Below are positions 48,253 through 57,305 of a DNA stretch of 64,000 nt, one piece after another (positions within the stretch are counted from its first letter, which is position 1; each line of letters opens with the position of its first letter). Source of the DNA: an uncultured Woeseia sp. (GTDB lineage Bacteria > Pseudomonadota > Gammaproteobacteria > Steroidobacterales > Woeseiaceae). The position numbers and the translations under genes are program-made. The stretch lies in contig CAJWFK010000005.1 in NCBI GenBank assembly GCA_913031125.1, positions 15,671 to 79,670 of the forward strand, read 5' to 3'. Below the pieces are notes generated by a model that was not told where the DNA came from, did not search any database, and was given only the letters and a program-made list of their open reading frames with translations.

Positions 48253-49155
48253 ATGACTCACACGATCATAAGTTCGGCTAATAAGGACGTAATCATCGGA
48301 TTCGATCGTCCTTTCGTTGTCATCGGCGAGCGAATTAATCCGACCGGACGAAAACTACTGTCGGAAGAAATGAAAAATGGTGACTATAGCCGTGTCCAGT
48401 CAGATGCACTTGCTCAGGTAGAAGCCGGTGCACATGTTTTGGATGTGAACGCCGGCATCCCGCTCACTGATGAGCCAGCGATCCTCGCCGATTGTGTTCA
48501 GTTACTGCAATCCATCACAGATGTACCTCTATCTATTGATTCCTCAATTGTTGAGGCACTAGAAGCTGGTCTTAAAGTCTATCAAGGCAAAGCGTTGCTC
48601 AATTCAGTAACAGGCGAAGAAGAACGCCTAGAGCGCGTATTACCTTTAGTGAAGAAATATGACTGTGCCGTGGTAGCAATATCCAATGATGATACGGGTA
48701 TATCAGAAGACCCTGACGTTCGCTTTAATGTGGCAAAGAAAATCGTGGAGCGGGCAAGCGATCATGGCATTCCTTCAAGTAATATTGTCGTAGACCCGCT
48801 CGTCATGCCTATCGGGGCTATTAACACTGCAGGCCAACAGGTAATGCAGATCGTCAAGCGCCTTCGCAAAGAGTTGAGAGTCAATACTACTTGCGGTGCA
48901 TCAAACCTGAGCTTCGGCTTGCCTAATCGGAATGGCTTAAATTCAGCATTCATAAGCATGGCAATCAGTGCCGGGATGACGTCTGCAATTACCAATCCGC
49001 TACATAAAGAACTAATGCAAGCGGTTCGAGGCGCCAACGTAGTAATGGGAAATGATCCTGAATGTACCCAGTGGATCCGTAACTACCGTGACCCTCAATC
49101 CGCCCAATCATCCAGGGCCGGCCAGCGTCGTCGTCGTCGTCGAGCCAATAGGTAG
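48253..49155 (+). CDS. Methyltetrahydrofolate:corrinoid methyltransferase (pterin-binding, MtgA/AcsE/MetH-domain-like)
   Basis: 300 aa. DHPS-like TIM barrel blocks GERINPTG, LDVNAG, LNSVTGE, GASNLSFGLP. C-terminal QRRRRRRANR tail. Confidence 0.85.
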   Translation: MTHTIISSANKDVIIGFDRPFVVIGERINPTGRKLLSEEMKNGDYSRVQSDALAQVEAGAHVLDVNAGIPLTDEPAILADCVQLLQSITDVPLSIDSSIVEALEAGLKVYQGKALLNSVTGEEERLERVLPLVKKYDCAVVAISNDDTGISEDPDVRFNVAKKIVERASDHGIPSSNIVVDPLVMPIGAINTAGQQVMQIVKRLRKELRVNTTCGASNLSFGLPNRNGLNSAFISMAISAGMTSAITNPLHKELMQAVRGANVVMGNDPECTQWIRNYRDPQSAQSSRAGQRRRRRRANR

Positions 49156-49157
49156 CT

Positions 49158-51158
49158 ATGTCCGCGATAAATGATCCCCTTATAGTATTTTCGCCGTCTG
49201 GAAAACGCGGTCGTTTCCCGTTAGGAACACCAGTACTAGAGGCTGCACGACGCCTAGGTGTAGATATTGACTCTGTCTGCGGCGGTCGCGCACTTTGTGG
49301 CCGATGCCAAATTACTGTAGCGGAAGGCGAATTACCAAAACACGGTATTGTCTCAAGTACGGATAATTTGTCGCTCACCGGTGAAGCAGAAGCAAGACAT
49401 CGGGAAAAGCGAGGTCTAGGTAGCGATCGGCGCCTTAGTTGCCAGGCGACGCTGCAGGGAGATATCGCAATCGATGTCCCGGAATCCAGCCAGGTACATA
49501 GGCAGGTCGTTCGCAAACCTCATGAAGCGCATGACATCGATGTTAACCCAGTCACTCACGCTTATTATGTGGTGGTAGACAAACCGGATATGCACGACCC
49601 CAGTGGGGACCTCGAACGATTGCGCATGGCCTTAGCAAGGGACTTTGAGCTTGAAGATTTAGGAGTAGATTTCTCCGCTTTACAACGACTGCAAGAAACC
49701 ATGCGAAAAGGGGATTGGAAGATCACCGCGGCTGTTCGTGATGCACGAAACATCATTGCTGTATTTCCTGGGTTTCAAGAACGCTTTTATGGCGTAGCTA
49801 TCGATGTTGGTTCAACCACAATTGCCGCTCACCTTTGCGATCTAACCAGTGGGCGAGTTTTGGGAAGTGCCGGACGTATGAACCCTCAAATCCGTTTTGG
49901 TGAGGATCTAATGAGTAGGGTGTCATACACCATGATGAACCCGGGCGGTGATCGGGAGCTAACTTCAGTAGTCAGAGAAGCAATTAACGAGCTTATCAGC
50001 CAAGTGGCTGCAGACTGTAAGATTGATACTAACCTTATTGTCGAGGTAACAATCGTTGGAAATCCTATAATGCAACACCTCGTGCTGGGTATTAACCCGA
50101 TAGAACTAGGCACAGCGCCCTTTGCCCTAGCTTCAGACCGCTCAGTTAGTCAGCCTGCACGAGATATTGGAATTTCAATTAATCCCGGGGGCTTTGTGTA
50201 CGCGTTACCCTGTATTGCGGGTCACGTGGGCGCTGATACGGCAGGTGTTTTGCTTGCCGAGGCACCTTTCAAGCGGGACGAAGTTTCGCTCATTGTCGAC
50301 GTCGGAACCAATGCGGAAATATTACTAGGAAACCGAGAGCGGTTACTTGCTGCTTCGAGCCCCACTGGCCCGGCCTTCGAAGGTGCTCAAATAAGCGCTG
50401 GCCAGAGGGCTGCTCCGGGTGCAATCGAGAGGGTCCGGGTTGACCACACGACGTTAGAACCCAAGTTTAAGGTCATAGGTTGCGATCTCTGGTCTGATGA
50501 AGCGGCCTTTGAAGATGGGCTACCGTCCTCTGGTGTCACGGGCATTTGCGGCTCCGGCATCATCGAAGTCGTCGCGGAACTCTACCTGGCTGGAGTAATT
50601 CAGCACGACGGTATAATTGCCGGAGATGCTAAAAAACGGTCAGACCGAATTAAAACTGATGGCCGAACGTTTAGCTACACATTGTTCGATGGGGAACCCG
50701 CAGTAACGATCCACCAAAATGATGTCAGGGCGATTCAGCTTGCTAAAGCAGCACTCTATGCGGGCGCGCGTCTGTTAATGGAAAAATTAGGTGTCGATAC
50801 AGTCGATCGAATCCGTCTCGCGGGCGCATTCGGCGCCCATATAGATGTCAAATACGCGATGGTCTTAGGTTTGATTCCAGATTGTGCAATCGATCAAGTT
50901 TCTTCAGCCGGCAACGCGGCAGGAACAGGGGCAAGAATCGCTCTTCTCGACAGGACCTCCCGCCAGTTGATTGACCAGCAAACCCGAAAAGTCGAAAAAA
51001 TCGAGACCGCGGTAGAAGATAGATTTCAACACCATTTCGTGTCAGCAATGGCAATTCCGCATGACACAGATCCCTTTTCTAACCTGAAGGAAGAAGTAGG
51101 CCTTCCCGAACGCAAAAGAACTATCAAGACGAGCAAAAAACGCAGGAGAAGTCGATGA
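49158..51158 (+). CDS. RACo-type reductive activator of corrinoid proteins (N-terminal [2Fe-2S] ferredoxin plus ASKHA ATPase domain)
   Basis: 666 aa. Plant-type ferredoxin cysteines (CGGRALCGRC…C). ASKHA phosphate motifs (AIDVGSTT, VDVGTNAE). C-terminal KKRRRSR tail. Confidence 0.8.
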   Translation: MSAINDPLIVFSPSGKRGRFPLGTPVLEAARRLGVDIDSVCGGRALCGRCQITVAEGELPKHGIVSSTDNLSLTGEAEARHREKRGLGSDRRLSCQATLQGDIAIDVPESSQVHRQVVRKPHEAHDIDVNPVTHAYYVVVDKPDMHDPSGDLERLRMALARDFELEDLGVDFSALQRLQETMRKGDWKITAAVRDARNIIAVFPGFQERFYGVAIDVGSTTIAAHLCDLTSGRVLGSAGRMNPQIRFGEDLMSRVSYTMMNPGGDRELTSVVREAINELISQVAADCKIDTNLIVEVTIVGNPIMQHLVLGINPIELGTAPFALASDRSVSQPARDIGISINPGGFVYALPCIAGHVGADTAGVLLAEAPFKRDEVSLIVDVGTNAEILLGNRERLLAASSPTGPAFEGAQISAGQRAAPGAIERVRVDHTTLEPKFKVIGCDLWSDEAAFEDGLPSSGVTGICGSGIIEVVAELYLAGVIQHDGIIAGDAKKRSDRIKTDGRTFSYTLFDGEPAVTIHQNDVRAIQLAKAALYAGARLLMEKLGVDTVDRIRLAGAFGAHIDVKYAMVLGLIPDCAIDQVSSAGNAAGTGARIALLDRTSRQLIDQQTRKVEKIETAVEDRFQHHFVSAMAIPHDTDPFSNLKEEVGLPERKRTIKTSKKRRRSR

Positions 51159-52009
51159 GAACAACCACGACATCTCAAATGAATAACCATGAGCTCATTA
51201 ATGATTTGCGTGAGGCTTATATGGAGGTCATTCCAACGCCAAATATTGAGGAAAAACTTAGAATTCTACAACCGGACTCATATGTTGCCGTAACATGTTC
51301 ACCAACTAAAGGAGTTGATGAAACACTCGATCTTTCCGAAAGGTTAGTCGACCAGGGATTTAGGGTTGCCCCGCATATTGCAGCCAAATGCGTACGTAAT
51401 GAAACGCACCTAAGCCATATTATGCAGAAGCTTGATGCTTTGAAAATTGACAGCATATTCGTTCCCGGTGGCGATCGTGCCGAGCCGCTAGGGGATTTCG
51501 ATACAGCCTTCGAACTGCTTAAAGCAATTAACAATTTTGACCATGGCCTTAAAGAAATCGGTATTGCTGCTCACCCAGAAGGACATCCCGATATCGCTGA
51601 CGAAATGCTCCTAAAGGAGCTAGAGAAAAAAAAGAATCTAGCCCAGTACATCGTCACACAAATGTGCTTTGATGCCGATGCTTTAGGCAAATGGTTGGTG
51701 GATATAAGCAGGCGCGGGATAAAGCTGCCGGTGTGGATTGGGTTACCAGGTGCTATAGAACGAACCCGATTGTTTAAGACTTCTCTCAGAATCGGCGTTG
51801 GCGACTCGCTACGCTTTCTGCGTAAAAAATCAGTCGTGGCCGCCGAGCTCATGAAATCTAGTGTCTACCGTCCAGATGATTTGGTAACCGATATTGCTCA
51901 GTATAAAAATGTAGCTGATACAAATATTGCCGGCTACCACATTTTCTGTTTCAACCAGGTTGAGAGTACGGAGAAATGGCGCAATGAAACAATTGCGCGA
52001 TTGCAATGA
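51155..52009 (+). CDS. metF: Methylenetetrahydrofolate reductase
   Basis: 284 aa. MTHFR-like blocks (VAVTCSPTKG, VAPHIAAK, IFVPGGD, AAHPEGHP, VTQMCFD). 4-nt overlaps at both ends. Confidence 0.8.
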   Translation: MRTTTTSQMNNHELINDLREAYMEVIPTPNIEEKLRILQPDSYVAVTCSPTKGVDETLDLSERLVDQGFRVAPHIAAKCVRNETHLSHIMQKLDALKIDSIFVPGGDRAEPLGDFDTAFELLKAINNFDHGLKEIGIAAHPEGHPDIADEMLLKELEKKKNLAQYIVTQMCFDADALGKWLVDISRRGIKLPVWIGLPGAIERTRLFKTSLRIGVGDSLRFLRKKSVVAAELMKSSVYRPDDLVTDIAQYKNVADTNIAGYHIFCFNQVESTEKWRNETIARLQ

Positions 52010-53523
52010 CTCGACGAGGAACCCGACAGCGACGTATTGCGGGCGCAATTAAACAGCTGCCCTGGCAAAAAGTAAGAAACCCATGGGCGCCAGTTGACGT
52101 GTTATGTGAAGACTCTGTAGAAATAATTTTGAATGCAGCGTTAGATATTCTGCAGGAACAAGGGTTTCGATTTCTGCATGACGAGAGCAGGCATCTTCTT
52201 GAAAGTGCTGGTGCTAACGCCGCAAATGATGATGGTATGACAAGACTGGACCGTGATTTCGTCTTGGAAAATATCGAAAGCGCACCATCAAGTTTCCAGC
52301 TACTGGCACGAAATCCCAAGCATTCGCTGGATGTCGGTGGTAACAACATTATTTTCTCTTCAATCGGTGGCCCTGCTTTTGTAAGTGATATGGATAATGG
52401 CCGGAGAGCAGGGACATACAAGGATCTGTGCGACTATTTTCGCGTAATTCAGGGCCTGAACATCATTCATCAGGAAGGGGGCGGTTGTTTTGAGCCAATG
52501 GATCTTCCCCCCGAATCCCGTCATCTAGACCTTTATTTTGCTCAACTGACGCTACTGGACAAAAACGCCCAAGCCTATGCACTTGGTCGCGAACGCACCA
52601 TTGACTGTCTCGAGATGACCGGTATTGCTTTAGGCAAAGACAGGGAAGAACTTACCGAGCAACCCGCAATACTTGCAATCATAAATACTAACTCTCCAAT
52701 GCAACTTGATGTGCCGATGTCAGAGGCTGTATTAGAACTCGCTGCCGCTAATCAAGTCTGCTGCATTACACCGTTTACGTTAGCTGGATCCATGAGCCCA
52801 GCGACCCTTGCCGGGACGCTCGCTCAGCAAACAGCCGAGGTACTTGCCGTAGTAACACTTACCCAAATTGTGCGTACCGGGGCACCCGTAATGTATGGTG
52901 CATTTGCTTCCAACGTTGATATGCAAAGTGGTGCACCGGCACTCGGCACGCCAGAATACGCGAAGATGGCACTCGCGAGCGCACAGATTTCACGGCGGCT
53001 TAGGCTGCCATTTCGGTCAAGCAACACAACAACCTCAAACACGGTCGATGTGCAAGCTGCTTATGAAGGCGGCATGTCATTGTGGAGTGCCATCCTAGGC
53101 CACACCAATTTGGTAAACCATGCTGCTGGCTGGCTGGAAGGAGGGCTGACCGCATCATTTGAAAAACTAATCATGGATGCGGAAATGCTGCAAATGATGG
53201 CAGCTACATTGCAACAACTCGTGGTCAATACTGAAGAACTTGCCCTCGAAGCAATCGCTGAAGTCCCGCCGGGCGGGCATCATTTTGGTACCGCACATAC
53301 GCTGGAACGTTATGAAAACGCCTTTTATTCGCCGATTCTTTCGAGCCGTCAGAACTTCGAAGCATGGCAAGAAGATGGCTGTAAAGATGCGACAGAGCGG
53401 GCGAATATAATATGGAAGCAGCTACTATCCGAATATGAACAGCCATTTATTGAGCCATCTGTAGAGGAAGCACTCCGCAGTTATATAGACAAACGCAAAA
53501 CTACAATAGACAAAATGATGTAA
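52006..53523 (+). CDS. MttB-superfamily (trimethylamine methyltransferase-like) methyltransferase, non-pyrrolysine, paralogue 1
   Basis: 505 aa uninterrupted ORF. Arg-rich N-terminus (MTRRGTRQRR…) and EDSVEIILNAALDILQEQG opening, typical of proteobacterial MttB homologues as I recall. Confidence 0.8.
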   Translation: MTRRGTRQRRIAGAIKQLPWQKVRNPWAPVDVLCEDSVEIILNAALDILQEQGFRFLHDESRHLLESAGANAANDDGMTRLDRDFVLENIESAPSSFQLLARNPKHSLDVGGNNIIFSSIGGPAFVSDMDNGRRAGTYKDLCDYFRVIQGLNIIHQEGGGCFEPMDLPPESRHLDLYFAQLTLLDKNAQAYALGRERTIDCLEMTGIALGKDREELTEQPAILAIINTNSPMQLDVPMSEAVLELAAANQVCCITPFTLAGSMSPATLAGTLAQQTAEVLAVVTLTQIVRTGAPVMYGAFASNVDMQSGAPALGTPEYAKMALASAQISRRLRLPFRSSNTTTSNTVDVQAAYEGGMSLWSAILGHTNLVNHAAGWLEGGLTASFEKLIMDAEMLQMMAATLQQLVVNTEELALEAIAEVPPGGHHFGTAHTLERYENAFYSPILSSRQNFEAWQEDGCKDATERANIIWKQLLSEYEQPFIEPSVEEALRSYIDKRKTTIDKMM

Positions 53524-53535
53524 AAGGCTAAATCC

Positions 53536-55071
53536 ATGCGCCCTAACTTAACAGTCCTAAGTAACCAACAAATCAACAAGATTCTCGATGAAGCCAAGCG
53601 AATAATGGCCGAGGTCGGCATGGAAATACGGGGTGAACCGTTAAGGAGGCGTTTACTCGATCATGGCCTAAAAGCCGATAAGAATACCAAACGGATTCTG
53701 TTTCCGACCGAGATTGTCGATAAAGCTATTACCGATGCTCCGTCTGCGTTTACGCTCTTTGATCGAGATGGTAATCCATACACCGAAATTGGTGGAAACA
53801 ATGTGCACTATGTTCCGGGTTCGAGTGGCCTGAAGATTCTTGATCACAGAACCGGGGAAACTCGTCTTGCAGATTCGACCGATTTCATAGAATACGCTCG
53901 TCTTTGTGATGGTTTGGAAAACATCGCCTACCTAGCTACAGCATTCTCAACAAATAGGGATATCGAGTCGCAAGTATCGGATGCCTGGCGACTCTACATG
54001 ACCCTGACAACCTCAAAAAAACCCGTTGTTTCGGGCGCTTTCAGTGAACATGGCACTCCCCGCATGGTGGATATGATGCAAATGTTCAGGGAAGACCGCG
54101 CTGATTTAATTGCCAAGCCCATGTCTATATTCACAATAACGGCCACAGGCAATTTCCGCTATGGGGAGGATTCCTGCCAGAATCTTCTGGACTGCGTTGA
54201 AGCGGGAATACCAATCGAAATTGTGCCTGTGACTCTAATGGGCCTTATAGCGCCAGTTACACTTGTCGGCGCACTTGTTTTTCACTGTGTGGACGTACTA
54301 ACCGGAATCACTATGGCCCAAGTTATAAAACCGGGAGCACCAGTATTATTTGGAGGAGCACCAGCTACATTCCATATGAAAGCCGCGAGTTCTCCGATGG
54401 CAGCAATAGAAACCCAACACCTCAATGTAGCGTACATTGCCGTTGCTAAATCGCTTAATTTACCAACTCAAGCATACATGGCTTTGTCTGATGGAAAATT
54501 CATCGATGCGCAGGCTGGTGGTGAAACTTTTTCAAGTGCGCTGCTTGCTGCCATTGCCGGAGTAAATTCAGTATCAGGCCCCGGTATGCTCGATTTTGTT
54601 TTAACATTTAGTCTGCCAAAATTAGTTTTCGACAATGAAATATGCGGTCAATCACTACATTTTGTTCGTGAAATTGACATTATCGATGACCTGCCGACGG
54701 GGGAACTAGTCAGTGACTTGATGAAAGATGACCACCTGATTACCAGCCCTCACACACTCCAGCACTGGCCAAAAGAACTTTATCTGACACAACCGGTGAT
54801 CGACCGAGAGAATCGGGAAAGCTGGGAAAAAGCAGGGAGCAGGACACTAGAACAGCGTGCTACTGAAGAGGTGGAAAAACGATTAAGTGAATATCAGCCG
54901 ATAGAAACAGATTCGGAAATCGATAAAGCTATGCGTGATCTCATAACTAGTGGTTTCGAGAGTCAAGAGACGCTGCCAGAATTACCTCCACCACCAGAGC
55001 CAAAAACTACCAGTGCCCCAGCCCGCAAGAGAGGCCGCAAAATGCGCAAGAGGAGCAGGTCCGTAAAATAG
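53536..55071 (+). CDS. MttB-superfamily methyltransferase, non-pyrrolysine, paralogue 2 (divergent)
   Basis: 511 aa uninterrupted [27 protein letters not shown] opening and TIM-barrel-length body align loosely with paralogue 1. Pro-rich linker plus [16 protein letters not shown] tail. Confidence 0.75.
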   Translation: MRPNLTVLSNQQINKILDEAKRIMAEVGMEIRGEPLRRRLLDHGLKADKNTKRILFPTEIVDKAITDAPSAFTLFDRDGNPYTEIGGNNVHYVPGSSGLKILDHRTGETRLADSTDFIEYARLCDGLENIAYLATAFSTNRDIESQVSDAWRLYMTLTTSKKPVVSGAFSEHGTPRMVDMMQMFREDRADLIAKPMSIFTITATGNFRYGEDSCQNLLDCVEAGIPIEIVPVTLMGLIAPVTLVGALVFHCVDVLTGITMAQVIKPGAPVLFGGAPATFHMKAASSPMAAIETQHLNVAYIAVAKSLNLPTQAYMALSDGKFIDAQAGGETFSSALLAAIAGVNSVSGPGMLDFVLTFSLPKLVFDNEICGQSLHFVREIDIIDDLPTGELVSDLMKDDHLITSPHTLQHWPKELYLTQPVIDRENRESWEKAGSRTLEQRATEEVEKRLSEYQPIETDSEIDKAMRDLITSGFESQETLPELPPPPEPKTTSAPARKRGRKMRKRSRSVK

Positions 55072-55099
55072 AAACTACCAACATAATTTCCCAAGCACC

Positions 55100-56041
55100 C
55101 TATCGAGCTTGAGAAACTAAACATCGCTTGATTGCACGAATATCTGCTGGGGAGGTTCGGCAGCACCCGCCGATGAATTTTGCCCCTGCTTTAAACCAAG
55201 CCTCTACGTTAAAATCATTTTCCAAATCGCATGATGTGCCAGACCAACTATTGTCTTCCGTGTGATAAGTTTCACCTGAGTTCGGATATACAACGACTAG
55301 CTTATCTGTTGCGCCAGTGCGAACTTCATCAATCAAAGGCAAAATAAACGCTGGGGACGTACAGTTAATACCAACGGCATGCACACGGCGATGTCCGTCA
55401 AATAAGCGAGCAACATCCCGCAACATTGAACCATCACTGATTTTGAGTTCATCTCGGCAGGCAAATGAAATCCACGCCGGTGTTGACATTTTTTCCAATA
55501 GACCGCATAAAATTTCTGCTTCACGAAAATTCGGAATAGTTTCTACCGCTAAGACATCAGCACCGCTGGCATCAAATACCTTGAGTCGTGATAAGTGAAA
55601 TTCTGTGAGCGCCTCATCTGAAATATCGTAATCTCCAGTATATTCCGAACCATCATGCATCGTTGCACCATAAGGTCCGACACTTGCAGCAACGATCGGG
55701 TGTATTTCGGGAGGATAAATACTACTTTCAAGATATTCCGCACAAGCAGTCTGAGATAATTTTACGGCGCTTAAAATTAACTGGTCAGCCTCTTCAGTAC
55801 TATAGCCAAGCGATATAAATCCTGCACGACTTGCCTGATAGCTAGCACTAATGATGATTTCAGCACCAGCACTTAAGTAAGCATAATGTGCGTCAATAAT
55901 CGCTTGTGGATCACTAATCAATAATGCGGCAGACCATAAATCACCAGCGATATCATGCCCCATGGACTCTAACTGAGTCGCAAATCCTCCATCCAGAATA
56001 ACCGGGCCATCGCGTTCTATTAATTGTTCAAATTTCGTCAT
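55100..56041 (-). CDS. mmuM: Homocysteine S-methyltransferase
   Basis: ILDGGFATQLE N-terminal block, Zn-Cys motifs (…INCTSP…, GGCCRTSP). Start set at ATG 56041; the longer ORF would overlap the upstream gene. Confidence 0.85.
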   Translation of the reverse strand: MTKFEQLIERDGPVILDGGFATQLESMGHDIAGDLWSAALLISDPQAIIDAHYAYLSAGAEIIISASYQASRAGFISLGYSTEEADQLILSAVKLSQTACAEYLESSIYPPEIHPIVAASVGPYGATMHDGSEYTGDYDISDEALTEFHLSRLKVFDASGADVLAVETIPNFREAEILCGLLEKMSTPAWISFACRDELKISDGSMLRDVARLFDGHRRVHAVGINCTSPAFILPLIDEVRTGATDKLVVVYPNSGETYHTEDNSWSGTSCDLENDFNVEAWFKAGAKFIGGCCRTSPADIRAIKRCLVSQAR

Positions 56042-56069
56042 GATCTTGGCATTTGAAGCATGGCAATGG

Positions 56070-56447
56070 TCAGGTAGTCTCTGGCCACTGACCAAGAATT
56101 CGCCCGTCTTCAAATTTAGCCCCTATAAATCCCCCTGCGTTTGAGCCATCCCGCATTGGATTAAATCGGATTGTAATCACGTCCCCTGGTTGTAAAGAGT
56201 GCGGACGCCATCCTTCACGAAACAGACTGTTCGGCCCTCGGCCCTCTATACTCCATAGGTCAACTGTTCGACTATTAGTCAAAATGGAAATTTCTATCCA
56301 GACGTGCGGATTGGCCCATTGAAATTCGATGACTGTTACTTTCTTTTCAATCACAGAGCTTTTATCGAACATCGCACTTGAATGATGCGCCATGACATTA
56401 CAAGTAATAATCATCAGGAAAAACAATGTGCCGATAACCTTTGTCAC
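56070..56447 (-). CDS. DUF6152-like small exported protein
   Basis: 125 aa. The signal peptide ends …VMA/HHSSAMFD. WANPHVW block matches my recollection of DUF6152. GTG start overlaps the upstream TGA (GTGA). Confidence 0.5.
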   Translation of the reverse strand: MTKVIGTLFFLMIITCNVMAHHSSAMFDKSSVIEKKVTVIEFQWANPHVWIEISILTNSRTVDLWSIEGRGPNSLFREGWRPHSLQPGDVITIRFNPMRDGSNAGGFIGAKFEDGRILGQWPETT

Positions 56448-57232
56448 TGGTCAACCACCTTATCGATGATCTGCCCCGCCGTATCTAAGGTAAGGGTTTG
56501 ACCGGCACCAGTAACAGGATTGCGATTATTTTCAGCACAGGCGTAATCATATGCCTTAGCACCCTGCGGCAAGCGTGTGAAATGACGCACAACATGCCAC
56601 GGCGCAGTCAGTGCTAAAGGATCATTAATCTCTAATTCAGCTTTCAATAGACCATCAGCAATTAAATACATTCTGGTTTTTACCTTGGCCTCGCTACTTA
56701 GGAATAACCCACTGCGATCAAGAATAGTTTTACCCCCACCAACCATATTGACAGTAGAAAACTCAAGCACCTCACCATTCCAGTTTCCTACAGAGTCCCC
56801 AGTATATGTAAGCCATCGGTCTTGTGGTGCTGGGTGTGACCGACCATCGGTATAAATTCTGAGGATGTTTGGGCCATTTTCCGTAATCACCCATGTTTGC
56901 TCAGGACGAACTACAAATTCGAACACATCTGGCAATGCTAAAAGCCTTGGAAAACCCGCCGGTGTCCCGCATCGGGAAATCGGGTCTGGTAACCGGCCCT
57001 TGGCTGCAAGCTCCAAGCTTGCTAGATATTTTTTTTCCCACAAATCCGTCAGTGGCGGATATTGCCGCACACCTTCTTCACCGGCTAAACCATCTTTCGG
57101 TTTGGTAGTGGCTAAATCGAACATGCCACCATTGCCTTCTACTCGCCCCCATACGCCACTCCAATCGGGTAATTCCTCCGCATTAAGCGTAAGAACCAGC
57201 GCAAAAATAAAGCATATCGGTATTAGTCTCAT
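56444..57232 (-). CDS. Exported hypothetical protein (partner of the DUF6152-like gene)
   Basis: 262 aa, signal peptide, no catalytic motif recognised. Confidence 0.5.
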   Translation of the reverse strand: MRLIPICFIFALVLTLNAEELPDWSGVWGRVEGNGGMFDLATTKPKDGLAGEEGVRQYPPLTDLWEKKYLASLELAAKGRLPDPISRCGTPAGFPRLLALPDVFEFVVRPEQTWVITENGPNILRIYTDGRSHPAPQDRWLTYTGDSVGNWNGEVLEFSTVNMVGGGKTILDRSGLFLSSEAKVKTRMYLIADGLLKAELEINDPLALTAPWHVVRHFTRLPQGAKAYDYACAENNRNPVTGAGQTLTLDTAGQIIDKVVDQ

Positions 57233-57305
57233 TTGTACCTATAATGCTCCAGCTACCGCAGCGTGACCACATAAAATTTATGCTTGCAGGCGGAGAAACA
57301 AAAAT

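Noticed and set aside
48989-52421. Long antisense ORFs inside the corrinoid operon (48989-49516, 175 aa; 51951-52421, 156 aa)
   Set aside because: They lie opposite tightly coupled, motif-bearing genes. Their Arg/Ser/Pro-rich composition is typical of the reverse frame of coding DNA.
52006-55071. Pyrrolysine (in-frame UAG) in the MttB-family genes
   Set aside because: Both ORFs read through at full family length (505 and 511 aa) with no internal TAG. No pylTSBCD-like genes are in the window.
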